Shown piece after piece: positions 1 through 13,858 of a DNA stretch of 64,000 nucleotides. Within the stretch, counting starts at the first letter, position 1, and each line of letters begins with the position of its first letter. Below the pieces are notes generated by a model. That model worked only from the letters and a program-made list of their open reading frames with translations. It ran no database searches and was not told the DNA's origin. The DNA comes from Mobula hypostoma (lineage: Eukaryota), in the NCBI RefSeq assembly GCF_963921235.1, contig NC_086097.1:241988001-242052000 (forward strand). Reading direction: 5' to 3'. The position numbers were made by a program, and so were the translations under genes.

Positions 1-95
1 CAAGGATCATTTTCATAAAACAATACCAGCGCATCATTCCTCAAAACAGCTCACAAAATTAGATATGGAGCCCAAAACAGAAGATACTGAATTAA

Positions 96-184
96 CGCAA
101 ACACAAGAAAATCTACAGATGCTGGAAATTTAAGCAACACACACACACACACACGGCCTGCTGCGTTCCACCAGCATTTTGTGA
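96..184. mobile_element. Tiny Penelope-derived fold-back insert (no ribozyme core left)
   Basis: Same family as 3003-3222. Flanked by the direct repeat ATACTGAATTAA at 84-95 and 185-196 (TSD). Confidence 0.7.
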
Positions 185-656
185 ATACTGAATTAAATAA
201 AGTTTTACTGAAAAAACTGTCTGGTTGGGACCAAGAGAAGGAATCTGGAAGAGGCAATGGATATGGGTAACATAAGGAAGCGAGGGTAGATTGCGATTAG
301 CTAAAGAATTTCTAGCTCAGCCGTTTTGTTTTAACCCATTCATTTGTTTGGATATGGGCATTACTGCTAAGCCCAGAATTTACTGCATACCCCAGCAGAA
401 TGGAGATACATCTCTATTCAAGGCGTTAGGCACTACTCCCCTCCACTAGCCTGCATGTAACCCTTGGGCAAGGTGTAGCATCTGTTTAGCCTCCCAATCA
501 GGGTCATGTGAAACCCAGGGAGCAGGTGTTGAACAGTCAGATGAGCAGCTGGTACATATTACAAGTCCTGGTTATGCAACCACAGATGTCAGGCAGACAG
601 TCTCTGAAGAGTACTGATAATGGGTGGGGTCACTCATCTTGTAAAAATAACTTTGC

Positions 657-2020
657 CATATCAAATTTGTTCAGGCCTTTTAACATTCGGAATGTTTCTA
701 TGAGATTCCCCCCTCATTCTCCTGAACTCCAGGGAATACAGCCCAAGAGCTGCCAGACATAGAAACATAGAAAATAGGTGCAGGAGTAGGCCATTCAGCC
801 CTTCGAGCCTGCACTGCCATTCAGTATGATCATGGCTGATCATCCAACTCAGAACCCTATACATGCCTTCTCTCCATACCCCGATCCCTTTAGCCACAAG
901 AGCCATATCTAACTCCCTCTTAAATATAGCCAATGAACTGGCCTCAACTGTTTCCTGTGGCAGAGAATTCCAGATTCACCACTCTCTGTGTGAAGAAGTT
1001 TTTCCTCATCTCGGTCCTAAAAGGCTTCCCCTTTATCATTAAACTGTGACCCCTCGTTCTGGACTTCCCCAACATCGGGAACAATCTTCCTGCATCTAGC
1101 CTGTCCAACCCCTTTAGAATTTGATACGTTTCAATAAGATCTCCCCTCAATCTTCTAAATTCCAGCGAGTATAAGCCTACTCGATCCAGTCTTTCATCAT
1201 ATGTAAGTCCTGCCATCCCAGGAATCAATCTGGTGAAACTTCTTTGTACTCTCTCTATGGTAAGAATGTCTTTCCTCAGATTAGGGGACCAAAACTGCAC
1301 ACAATACTCCAGGTATGGTCTCACCAAGGCCTTGTACAACTGCAGTAGTACCTCCCTGCTCCTGTACTCGAATCCTCTTGCTATGAATGCCAGCATACCA
1401 TTCGCCTTTTTCACTGCCTGCTGTACCTGCATGCCCACTTTCAATGACTGGTATATAATGACACCCGGGTCTCGTTGCACCTCCCCTTTTCCTAATCGGC
1501 CACCATTCAGATAATAATCTGTTTTCCTGTTCTTGCCACCAAAGTGGATAACATCACATTTATCCACATTAAATTGCATCTGCCATGAATTTGCCCACTC
1601 ACCTAACCTATCCAAGTCATCCTGCATCCTCTTAGCATCCTCCTCACAGCTAACAGACGTTCCTCATATGGTATACCCTTTCATTCCTGGAATTATTCGT
1701 GCATCTTCTCTGAACCCTCTCCAATGTCAGTATATCCTTTCTAAAATATGGGGCCCAAAACTGCACACAATACTCCGTGTTGTCTCACGAGTGCCTTATA
1801 GAGCCTCAACATCACAGCCCTGCTCTTATATTCTATACCTCTAGAAATAATGCCAACATTGCATTTGCCTTCTTCACCAATGACTCAACCTGGAGGTTAA
1901 CCCTTTAGGGTATCTTGCACAAGGAGTTCCAAGTCCCTTTGCATCTCTGCATTTTGAATTCTCTCTCCCATCTAAATAATAGTCTCCCCATTTACTTCTT
2001 CCACCAAAGTGCATGACCAT
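657..2020 (-). mobile_element. Older CR1 LINE RT fragment (657-758 and 1654-2020) split by a younger CR1 insertion
   Basis: Minus-strand LGLYSLEFRRMRG and HFGGRS..YYL motifs lie on either side of the young insert. CAGAC is duplicated at 754-758 and 1654-1658. Confidence 0.7.
759..1653 (-). mobile_element. 5'-truncated young CR1 LINE (RT C-terminus, 3' UTR, (TTCTATGT)n tail)
   Basis: ORF 944-1627 (WQMQFNVDKC...LEYCVQFWSP...TRGHSL) is nearly identical to ORF2 of the 36-41 kb element. Tail reads CATAGAAACATAGAAA on +. Confidence 0.95.
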
Positions 2021-2734
2021 ACCAGGACTTAGACTCAGTGACCATGAAGGAGCAAAGGATAACAAATCAGTATAGTGTGCAACTTGAGCACCTGGAGTTC
2101 CTGACATTCCCATAAGACTAACGCCCATGTCAAGTTTTTAAATGTTTCCTGGACGAATTAGCTCCAATCAGTGGAGAATCACTCACTTCCTCCCTCTATG
2201 GTTAATCTGGTTGAATGTGCAGTCAAAGATGACTCCCAATGATGGCAGACTAATAGATGGCAATGCCTCTGAATGTCACGGCTAGTGGTTTGTCTCTCTC
2301 TCTCTCTCTCTGTTGGAGTGGTCACTGCCTGACACTTCTATAGTGCAAACATGACTTGCCATTCTCATCTCATGCCTGAGTGCTGTCTTGCTGCATGCAG
2401 ATATGCTGAGAAGTTGCAAACACAATTGAACAATGTGCAATCTCAAGCAAACATCCCCACTTCCATGGTTATGAAACAGCTGAAGTCAGCTGGGTCTAAG
2501 ATACTGCACTAAATGCATCTGCAATTCTGTCCTGGGGATGAGATGATTGACCTATACTTTATCAAATGCTGGCAGTCATTTTAACCTCACTGCTGGAATT
2601 CAGCACTGATCCATGTTTGTAAAAGACAATGAAGGCTGAAGATGATCAATTCAGGCAAAACTGGGCACCAATGAGCAAGTTAGTGGTAAGTGCCATTTGA
2701 CTGTATTGCAACAACACCTTCCACTACATTGTGA

Positions 2735-2985
2735 GTAGCATGGTGGTTAGCACATTGCTTTACAGTACCAGCAACCTGAATTGAATTCCTGCCCAGCTGT
2801 AAGGAGTTTGTACGTTCTCCCCATGACTGCACGGGTCTCCTCCCACATTCCACAAACGTACCAATTGGTAAATTAATTGGTCATTGTAACTGTGATTAGG
2901 CGACGGTTAAATTGGGAGTTGCTGAGTGGTGTGGCTCAAAGGGCCGGAAAGGCCTACATGCTGCATCTCAATAAATAAATAAATA
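2735..2985 (+). mobile_element. tRNA-derived V-SINE (HE1-like)
   Basis: Degenerate A/B-box head, V-domain-like core GGAGTTTGTACGTTCTCCCC, CR1-like tail GGGCCGGAAAGGCCT and (AAAT)n end. Related copies at 53058 and 57490. Confidence 0.7.
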
Positions 2986-3002
2986 GCCAAGCTTTTACTT
3001 GC

Positions 3003-3222
3003 AAACAACAGGAATTCTGCAGATGCTGGAAATTCAAGCAACACACATCAAAGTTGCTGGTGAACGCAGCAGGCCAGGCAGCATCTCTAGGAAGTTCAAA
3101 TCTCTTACTAACTCTTCCTTCAGTTAGTCCTGATGAAGGGTCTCAGCCTGAAACGTCGACGGTACCTCTTCCTAGAAATGCTGCCTGGCCTGCTGCGTTC
3201 ACCAGCAACTTTGATGTGTGAG
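3003..3222. mobile_element. Penelope-derived fold-back insert with hammerhead motif
   Basis: About 52-bp inverted arms (3042-3093 and 3168-3220). TSD GCTTTTAYTTGC at 2991-3002 and 3223-3234. Confidence 0.8.
3126..3161 (+). ncRNA. Minimal type I hammerhead ribozyme motif
   Basis: GUC-CUGAUGA-AGG(GUCUCAG)CCU-GAAA-CG-UC^GAC: intact core boxes, helix II, palindromic ACGU helix III and helix I GUC/GAC. Predicted cleavage after 3157. Confidence 0.75.
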
Positions 3223-4323
3223 GCTTTTATTTGCCTTGTTTTTCGCAAATAGGATACACTGTGTAGAAGCAAGGGTTGTAGCTGCACGGCTAGAGGTTGC
3301 TGGCTTTGGAGTACAACTGTTCAGAATTGTGACAATGAACTCTGCTTTTTACGGCTGTAGGGAGTTCTACAATAATGGCGTTTTTAACTGCATCAAGATC
3401 TCAAGAATAATCAACAAGCACTTTTGTTTAGTTATTGTAGACTTCCTGTGCCATCAAGCGGCACATTGCAACAACCTCATTTTAATTTTAGCCAGAATTG
3501 CTCAGCTCCAGGCTTCATCACCTCTTATAAACATGGATTAGAGCTGACTTCCAAACAGCAACAGAGACAATGTCATCAGACCTTCTTGTTTATATTATGA
3601 AGGCTTCTACCTAACTTTAAAAGAGCTGCCTTACCCACAGTGGTTTGGAACATAGAATTCTGAAATTGTAATGTTTCACCTTTTTTTTAAACATAGTGAA
3701 AAATCACCGACATTTTGTGGATAATTTATTTCAGTAAAAAACCTAACAATCTTTTCAATGTTACATAGGAACATAGTAAACCTGCAGCACATTACAGGCT
3801 CTTCAGCCCCAAATGCTGTGTCAAACATGTAACTGACAGTAGGCTGAAAATATTATTATTAAGATGCAAAAATGAGTGGGATGAAGAACAGGCATTAAAG
3901 CCTTAGCCATAGACAACGCAGTTCTGTGTGACAGATATAATCACTCGACCAATCTACTCACTAAGTAAGCACTCACAAGAGCACTCTTAACACAATGTAA
4001 TATTTTCCAAAATGGCAATTACAAATTTAAAAACCTTGTAGTATTTAGAAAATAATTACTTACTGGCAACTGTAATTACTTGGTTCACGACTGAAATCAC
4101 CTTGTGGTACATTAAGGAAGCAACCAATGAACAGCAGAAAAACTGATGGCTCTTCTTAGCTATCACTCAACAATTTTACTTAGCTGTTAAAGTAAAACAT
4201 AGTACACAACTGCAGAAATGCTAGGGACAAAATTTCTAAGTGACCAAATTAAAGCATATGCACGAGTTTTGTCCGAGTTTTACAAACATTTCTGGTGTAA
4301 TAATGATAAAGTTCAGTTCTTAC

Positions 4324-4430
4324 CAAAGTCATTATCCTGAATTAAAGTGATGTTACCAACTTCCTCTCTCATTGTGATTTCTTCCACTCTACTCTGGTTC
4401 AGGGTAAACTGCTGAGCCACATCAATATCA
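4324..4430 (-). CDS. rad21: RAD21 cohesin subunit, coding exon 4 of this window (gene exon 5); gene continues beyond window start
   Basis: Encodes (D)[35 protein letters not shown](G). 107 nt, AG acceptor at 4431-4432, GTAAG donor, phases match neighbouring exons. Confidence 0.97.
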
Positions 4431-5934
4431 CTAGAAAATAGATCATGTTCATTTACCTCAGAGAAAACACAGAGTGAAAAAATATCAACTAGATAGGAGT
4501 CATAGAGAACATCGAGTCAAGCCCTTTGCCCATCCAGTCTGTGTTGAACTGTTATTCTGCCTGTCCTATCGACCTGCACCTCATGAATACCCCTCTCAGG
4601 AATGTACTTATCCAAATTTCTCCCGAATGTTGAGATGGCAAACAAATGCCTATAGGATTTACAAAAATCAGGTTTCAAATATTACAATTAATATGTTTTC
4701 TCATAACTCTGGAAAAGCAATTGCCGAATTTACACATCATTATCCCCCAAGGTACTACGACATTCAGGTTTGGTAACTGTACCAGAACAGTAAGCAATAA
4801 ATCAAAATACAGACAAAATCTGTTAATCCAGTATGCTTGGGATTTTGGTGACTCTGAGATATTGAGAGATCTCATTCTCTTAATATACAAACACAGCTGT
4901 AATTCATTTTTTCATAAAAGACGTTATGTAGTAAAATTATCCAGCAAAGCCAGTGGTTCAGGAAACAGGACCAGACAAGTTTTCCTGGTGTGACTACTAG
5001 ATAGCTGTTTTTTTAGGATCTCTGAATTTATGATTGGGAACAAAGTACAAAAACAATTTTTTTTCTTTGCAGAATTTTCTGTTATTTGGACAAAAATTTT
5101 TGAGAGTGTTCAGTGGATAATTTTAGTTTTTTAAATTATGTTGCACATGGTATGCAACTTAATTATTGCTTCAACTTTAAAGTCCTCCAATTTTTGTATT
5201 AAAAAAATTGAAATCTGGGAGCTTCTCTACTGAACAACTTTATATTGTCACTTTAGGACTGCAAAAACATGAACACAATCTGTAAATTTGACACTAAAAC
5301 ACACTTGATCTTTGATATGCAATTATACCACATTATATCCTAATTTTTCGTTACTGAAATATGCAATTGTCTTAACAAAACTAAGTTTTCATCTTCATTC
5401 AAAAAAAAATGAGCTTAAATTTATTTTCAGTGCAAAGCAATTATTTTAAAATACATACTCAAAATGAGATAATCATTCTGGAGTAACACGGCTTCCTTTG
5501 GTAGGCAGATGTTTAAAATCAATTGGAAGGAAAAGCACTACAATTTCAACAGTATCTGCATCTGCATGTCCCACAGTTAAATAAAATAGAAGAAAACTAT
5601 TAAGTGTTTTCTTCCTAACGGCTAAATAACTCCTTATACAAGGGAATAATGTCAAAAGAGGTATATGCTAAACAGCCCTTTGGGCCTGCACATTCAGCAC
5701 AGTGTAATAGTTCCCATCTCTTCACATCCCTATTCATCTGGCATTAATACATCTACCTCCACCTGAATATGTTCAATGACTTGGGCTTCACTGCCTTTTC
5801 TAGTAGATAATCTTACAGGTTCACCACTCTCTGGATGAAGCAATTTCACCTGATCTGAGATCTAAATGCCATACCCTCTATTGAGGGCATGACCCCTGGT
5901 CTGGACACTCCAAGTAAACGATAGCGAGAGGATT

Positions 5935-6583
5935 GCGAATGGTATGCTGGCATTTATAGCGAGAGGATTCGAGTACAGGAGCAGGGAGGTACTACTGCAG
6001 TTGTACAAGGCCTTGGTGAGACCACACCTGGAGTATTGTGTGCAGTTTTGGTCCCCTAATCTGAGGAAAGACATCCTTGCCATAGAGGGAGTACAAAGAA
6101 GGTTCACCAGATTGATTCCTGGGATGGCAGGACTTTCATATGAAGAAAGACTGGATGAACTGGGCTTGTACTCGTTGGAATTTAGAAGATTGAGGGGGGA
6201 TCTGATTGAAACATATAAGATCCTAAAGGGATTGGACAGGCTAGATGCAGAAAGATTGTTCCCGATGTTGGGGAAGTCCAGAACGAGGGGCCACAGTTTG
6301 AGGATAGAGGGGAAGCCTTTTAGGACCGAGATTAGGAAAAACTTCTTCACACAGAGAGTGGTGAATCTGTGGAATTCTCTGCCACAGGAAACAGTTGAGG
6401 CCAGTTCATTGGCTATATTTAAGAGGGAGTTAGATATGGCCCTTGTGGCTACGGGGGTCAGGGGGTATGGAGGGAAGGCTGGGGCGGGGTTCTGAGTTGG
6501 AGGATCAGCCATGATCATAATAAATGGCGGTGCAGGCTCGAAGGGCCGAATGGCCTACTCCTGGACCTATTTTCTATGTTTCT
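5935..6583 (+). mobile_element. 5'-truncated young CR1 LINE 3' end
   Basis: ORF 5944-6495 matches the CR1 ORF2 C-terminus. 3' UTR hairpin GGGCCGAATGGCCT and TTTCTATGTTTCTA tail present. Confidence 0.95.
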
Positions 6584-6829
6584 AAACATTTGTTGCACAA
6601 TCTCACTTGACACTGAAGATGATCATTACCAAATCTGTAATGCCAGGTTTTCCTACAGTCTGTTGTGATGCTCATTATCAAGGTTTAGCTTCTTGGCAAG
6701 ATATTGGAGGACAATCAAGAAACTGGAAACAATAGCATTAACAAATGAGAGTAAAAATTAACAATGCTGAGGTTGTGAACAGTAAGCATCACAAATAGTC
6801 CATCTTGAAACCATGACTAAGAAAGCTCA

Positions 6830-7410
6830 CTACTCCTCTACTTCCTCAAGAAGTTAAAGAAACTTGGCATGTTCCCTTTGATCCTCACCAATTTTTAATC
6901 GATGCACCATAGAAAGGATCCAATCTGGACAAATCACTGTTTGGTATCGCAACTACTCTGCATGTGACCACAAGAAACTGTAGAGTTGTGGATGCAGCTC
7001 AGCATATCACAGAAATCAAGTCTTACTTCCATGAATTGTGGTTATACTTCACACTGCCTCAGTACCAAAGTTTTAAGTAGACAATAATCATGATCAAAGC
7101 ACAAGGCCGACCCACTTCAAACAATCTCTTCTTTCCCCTACTCCCATCAGGTAAAAGATACAAAAGCCCAAAAACACATACTACCAGGCTCAAGAACAGC
7201 TTCTATCCTGCTGTTACAAGACTATTTAGAAAATAAGACCATATTTAATGAGTGCCGCGTACAATAAGATGGACTCTTGACCTTATAATCTATCGTGTAA
7301 TGACCTTGTACATTATTGTCTACCTGCACTGCACTTTCTCTGGAACTGCAACACTTTATTCTGCACTCTTGTTTTACCTTGTACAACCTCAATGCACTGT
7401 GTAATAAATT
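6830..7410 (+). mobile_element. Degraded Rex/Babar-type LINE 3' fragment
   Basis: Remnants of LYFLxxLKKFGM, CTIESIL and LLPSGKRY..TTRLKNSFYP motifs. Confidence 0.6.
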
Positions 7411-7431
7411 CAACTCAGTACACAGAGACTT

Positions 7432-8775
7432 TATAAAACCTACAACACAATACAGGCCTTTCGGCCCACAAAACTGTGCCAAACATGGCTTTACCTTAGA
7501 AATTACCTAGGGTTACCTATAGCCCTTTATTTTTCTGAGCTCCATGTACCTGTCCAGGAGTCTCTTAAAAGACTCTATCGTATCTGTCTCCACCACTGTC
7601 TCTGGCAGCCCATTCCACGCACTCACTACTCTCTGCGTAAAAAACTTACCCCTGACATATCCTCTGTACCTACTTCCAAGCACCTTAAAACTGTGCCTCT
7701 TGTGTTAGCCATTTCAGGCCTGGGAAAAAGCCTCTGACGATATACACGATCAATGTCTCTCATCTTATATACCTCATCTTCCGTCGCTCCAAGGAAAAAA
7801 AGGCTGGGTTCACTCAACCTATTCTCATAAGGCATGCTCCCCAATCCAGGCAACATCCTTGTAAGTCTCCTCTGCACCCTTTCTATGGTTTCCACATCCT
7901 TCCTATAGTGAGGTCACCAAAACTGAGCACAGTACTCCAAGTGGGGTCTGACCAGGGTCCTATATAGCTGTAACATTACCTCTTGACTCTTAAACTCAAT
8001 CCCATGGTTGATGAAGGCCAATGCACCATATGCCTTCTTAACCACAGAATCAACCTGCGTAGCAGCTTTGAGTGTCCTATGGACTCGGACCCCAAGATCC
8101 CTCCGATCCTCCACACTGCCAAGACTCATACCATTAATTCTATATTCTGCCATCATATTTGACCTACCAAAATGAACCACCTCACACTCAGCTGGGTTGA
8201 ACTCCGTCTGCCACTTCTCAGCTCAGTTTTGCATCCTTTCAATGTCCCGCTGTAACCTCTGATAGCCCTCCATACTATCCACAACACCCCCAACCTTTGT
8301 GTCATCAGCAAATTTACTAAGCCATCCCTCCACTTCCTCATCCCAGTAATTTATAAAAAATCATGAAGAGTAGGGGTCCCAGAACAGATCCGAGGCACAC
8401 CACTGGTGACCGACCTCCATGCAGAATATGACCCGTCTACAACCACTCTTTGCCTTCTGTGGGCAAGCCAGTTCTGGATCCATAAAGCAATGTCCCCTTG
8501 GATCCCATGCCTCCTTACTTTCTCAATAAGCCTTGCATGGAGTACCGTGTCAAATCCCTTGCTGAAATCCATATACACTACATCTACTGCTCTACCTTCA
8601 ATGTGTTTAGTCACAACCTCAAAAAATTCAATTAGGCTCGTAAGGCACGACTTGCCTTTCACAAAGCCATGCAGACTATTCCTAATCATATTATGCCTCT
8701 CCAAATGTTCATAAATCCTGCTCTCAGGATCTTCTCTATCAACTTACCAACCACTGAAGTAAGACTTACTGGTCG
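7432..8775 (-). mobile_element. CR1 LINE fragment (second subfamily), frameshifted RT
   Basis: ORF pieces HGFVKGKSCLTSLIEFFE, VDVVYMDFSK, LVRPHLEYCAQFW. Same subfamily as 42765-43390. Confidence 0.9.
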
Positions 8776-9101
8776 ATGTGACAATAATAAATTTATTGAC
8801 AAATTTAAAAATAATTAGAAATAGAGGTTTGAGTTGCAGACCTCAGAAAAAAATTTCACTTCAATTACTAAATTATGCATTTTGAAAATTTGAAATTGAT
8901 TATGATTTGTAAATTTTGTCAGATCCTCAAAATGACCAATGAGTTCGTGCTATCAGACACTTGGGTATAGTTTCAATATCCTATTGCAAGAACAGTTGGT
9001 TGGATATTTCTCAATTCACCTTCTCTGCTTAAAATGACAAGTGGGGCATGATATCATTTATAGCTTTTCCATTTCACTTTCCTTCAAGTGAATTCAAAAT
9101 A

Positions 9102-9933
9102 CAGGTTGAGCACCCCCTATCCACAATGCTTTGCGGGGGGGGGGCGGGAAGCAAAAGTGTTACAAATTTCAGGAACCTTTTCTTATTTTGGAATATTTGC
9201 ACCCATATAACGAGCTAGCTTGGGGATGGGATGCAAGCCTAAACACAAAATTCATTTACAATACATTTTCAGCTTATACATATATCCTGAATAATATTTT
9301 TAATAATTTTGCATGTGTATACTGAACTATCAGAAAAGTAAGCTTTCTACCTCAGATGCACAGGTGGAGAAATCAGTTACTGTTTGTGATCACTATCACC
9401 CCTGACTGAATTCATGTGCAGTGCAGTCTTTGTCTTACACTTGTTCATCACACACGTACTGATGCAGCTGTTCAGCCTATTATATCTTCATCTGCAACAA
9501 TCTTGGCAAACCCAATGAGTTTCTCTGCTGTGTCATGATCAGCAGATGCTTTATCACAAATCTTTCAAAAAATTTTCTTAAATTTCTGCAACCAGCCTGT
9601 TGAATATTCACAATTGCCTTCAATTTTCAGTTAGTTGTGATAGATCACTGCTTGTTTCACAATTAGCATACCATTAAGTGGCATATATTCACTCCGATGC
9701 TAACAAATCCACTCTTTCAATACACGATCAAGATCTTCATTTCTCACTTTCTGCACTGTTTTTCTATTTTTCATTAACTTCTGTTCATTGTGAGGTCATT
9801 TCTCAGAACTGTCTATGGAACACAGAACGTTCCCAGTGCCTTGTAGAATTTTCTATTTGTGATGTCACATCAGTGCTCAAAAATATTTGAGGTTTTTGGA
9901 TTTTGTTATTTCAGATAAGGAGTGCTTAACCTG
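9102..9933 (-). mobile_element. Tigger/pogo (Tc1-mariner) internally deleted DNA transposon
   Basis: TIRs CAGGTTGAGCACCCC ... GGAGTGCTTAACCTG with TA on the left. Minus-strand remnant EYSTGWLQKFKK (CENP-B-type HTH) near 9575-9610. Confidence 0.75.
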
Positions 9934-10201
9934 TTTCACATCTCAATATCAAGCTTCACAAAGTAATTAGTGGAATGTTTTACAATTAAGCCAGGAATCT
10001 TGGCCAAATTTTAACTCAAGCAAAATTATTCCGTACCGTCTAAAACAAATTGATGCACCTTTTGTTTCTCTTAATTCATTCTGTCCAATCTGACAACCAA
10101 ATTTTAATGTTAAGGTTATGACGTTCTCTTGAGTCATGATCAGTTCTCAAATGTTTTGGGTGATACCTAGGAAATGGTCTTTAAAAAATTTCAAGTACTT
10201 A

Positions 10202-10324
<123 letters not shown>

Positions 10325-11446
10325 CTAAGTTTGGAAAATATCCACTTATAATTTCAGCATTGTTACTGCACATGAAATGAGAAAAGTGAAACGAGAAAAG
10401 TGAAACTAGAAAGAGTAAACCAAAGTATCACAGGACCACCATTAATGACCAGATTTGAACTCCAATTGTGACCTGTGACTGAATGAGTCATAATGTACAA
10501 ATAGACAAAAGTATTGAATGCATATTCATCAGGCAATTTTACAGTTTCAGTTCAAAATTATGCAATTAGAAATTTGAATTTGATTTGAGCCTGTCTGTCT
10601 TCTGAGATCTTTGTAACTCCAAACTGAAACTTCTCAGTTTGGCCTCAGCAGCCACGTGCATCAATCATGAAAACACTGAAATCATGTTAATCACAGAAGA
10701 GTCAAACTATGGAAGGAATTTTCACTGGACCCAACATATGATTGTTAACTTTACTAAATCTGCTTGCTCCATTTCTGGAATGCAGCAAAGGACAAAAAAA
10801 AAAGGGCTGCTGTTCTAAACTTACATATGGTAAAATACATATTTTAATAAAAGTTTAGTTTGAACCTCCAAAGTGAAAATTTTGCAATTAGCATGATGAC
10901 AAAATGTGGCAGATTATTTTGGACTGTAAATTGTAAAAGAAGATATGGGCTTTCTAATTTTCTCTCTTTGGTTTGAAGACAATAAACAAAATCTCAGACA
11001 CATTCCTACATTTTGCATCAATCTTACACAATGTATTAGAATGTGAAATGTTGATATCATTATGTACGCCATAACTACTAGCCTAAAAAGCAGCTGTTGT
11101 TCGGAATAATTGACAATAGCAGCAATTCACATTCTACCACAATGCCAACAAACAACAAGACACACAAAAGCCTTAGCAATTCAACTTAAGCCTGGCATTT
11201 TTTTTGGTCTCGTTTCCATTTGTAAAGAATTAATATTGCACCAATGGATCACTCTTTGATCGATCTTAAATGAGAACTAATTAATAAATATACAGCCAGA
11301 AGCAAACCAGTTTAAAATTTTATAAGCTGCCTCTCCAAGGTTCTAATGTGTAATCCTGTCATTTCTAAATACAACTATTTCTTTTATGTTCCGCCCTTTA
11401 TTTTTTAAGATAGCAGAAACATTATTAGTATGCAAATAAAGTATCA

Positions 11447-11629
<183 letters not shown>

Positions 11630-12292
11630 TTATCAAGCATCAAATCAATTTCTGAAACAATGGGATGTAAAAGACAAAAATACTTTAAAACAATTAAAAC
11701 TAGTCTATCAAAACAATGTTTATTTTAGAGTTCAAAGTAAATTTATTATCAAATTGTCACTGTTTGCTACCCTGAGCTTCTTTTTCTTATAAACATTCAC
11801 AATAGATCAAAGAAATATAACAGGAAAAAAAACATTTATTCAAACTGTTACTCAGCTGAATTAGATTTTCATAACATTAGATTTAATATTTCTAAGTTGT
11901 CATTTCTAAGTTCTATACAGTAACTGCTCAGTTACCCAGCACTTCACAGTTTTCACATTCCATGGATGGAGTACTAGGGAGAGACAAAACAGACTGTGCC
12001 AGGGGAGCTAGAGGGGTTGACAGTACTGAGGAAATGGCTAGCTGAGCTCAGGCTAACCTTCAAATGATCCACCTGTCAGAGAACTCCGCTTTTATTGCAG
12101 GGGAATTATGGAGTCCTGGTAGACAATATAGATGGATGAACTTAATACAGATTTTGGAAGTCCTACATTGAAGCACTTGGTGCATGCACACGAGGTGCAA
12201 GCAAAGAATTAAGTTACCTGAACAGGCAGCAAACATGTACCATATGCCACAATGTAGACATCGGAGATTAGCATTTACAAAAAAGCATGTTA

Positions 12293-12475
<183 letters not shown>

Positions 12476-13244
12476 TCACTTGCAGCACAAGATCATAAAT
12501 CTAGATAAAAGTAAAATGATCAAAAACTCGTCAAGAACAGATTTACTCCATATTACAATGCAAATATTTCATCCCAATGTCCCCATCCTAAATTCAAGTG
12601 GTAGTGTTCATAAAAACTAAAAACAATCCAAGAAAAATTATTCAAAATGCTCACAAAAATAAACCATGTTTGCCAGAACAATACTTAGTAGACTAATAGG
12701 CACAAAGCAGAAAACATTAACCATTCAACTTAAATTTTTATCAACAAGTCACATAAGAATTCGCACTATCTTATTTTGAAGTAATTACACATACATATCA
12801 AAGAGAAGTGATCTCAAAATAATAAACTGAAAACAGGTACAACCATCTTTTGTTTTGGCATATTTAAAACAAATGGCAAACTTCTGGTAAACAAATTAAT
12901 TTCAGAGACAAAAACAACAAACAATTATCTCCATAAATTTTATATGAACCCATTCAACCATTTATTCTCAAACTAGACTCCCTGGTTGGAGTCCCTCAGA
13001 CAAGGGAAACAAACTCCATGCATATTTTGATAATTCCACTTATTCTTCTAAACGTTTAGAAGAGTAAAGAGTAAAAGTCTGATAATAAGTGATTTGAATT
13101 ACTCGGCATCTGGCAGGATGATGTTACCAGTACTCCTTATAAACTAACTGCCCCATCTCTAACATGATCAATAGCTGATCAATTGGGTCCTCAACTCCTC
13201 ATTATCCACTTCCCCATAATCATCAATTCTTCCATCTTTTATCT

Positions 13245-13858
13245 TGATCTTGAGCAGCTGCATCACTGCCTGGTTCAGGGATTGCACCATCTCCGATCGC
13301 AAGACTCTGCAGCGGATAGTGAGGTCAGCTGAGAAAATCATCGGGGTCTCTCTTCTCGCCATTACAGACATTTACACTACACGCTGCACCCACAAAGCCA
13401 ACAGCATTGTGCAGGGCCCCACGCACCCCTCATACGAACTCTTCTCCCTCCTGCCATCTGGCAAAAAGTACCGAAGCATTCGGGCTCTCACGACCAGACT
13501 GTGCATCAGTTTCTCCCCCCCAAGCCATCAGACTCCTTAATACCCAGAGTCTAGACTGACATCTACATTATTATATTGTAATTTGTCCTCTACTGTGCCT
13601 ATTGTCTTGTTTATTACTTCTTGAACTGCCCTGCATTGTTTTGTGCACTTTATGTCATCCTGTGCAGGTCTGCAGTCTTGTGTAGTTTTTGTGTTGTCTT
13701 ATGTAGTCTAGTGTAGCCTCGTGTCGTCTCACATAGTCTAGTGTAGTTTTGTGTTGTTTCATGAAGCACCAGGGTCCTGGAGGAACATCATTTCGTTTTC
13801 ACTGTGTACTGTACCAGCAGGTTATGGTCGAAATGACAATAAAAAGTGACTTGACTTG
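13245..13858 (+). mobile_element. Rex/Babar-type LINE 3' fragment
   Basis: ILSSCITAWF..RKTLQRIVRSAEKIIG..LLPSGKKYRS motifs, AATAAA and (GACTT)n tail. Confidence 0.8.

Noticed and set aside
3218..3541. 107-aa ORF in the rad21 intron
   Set aside because: It starts at a GTG in a repeat end, has no homology cues, and no rad21 exon 6-like peptide was found on the opposite strand.
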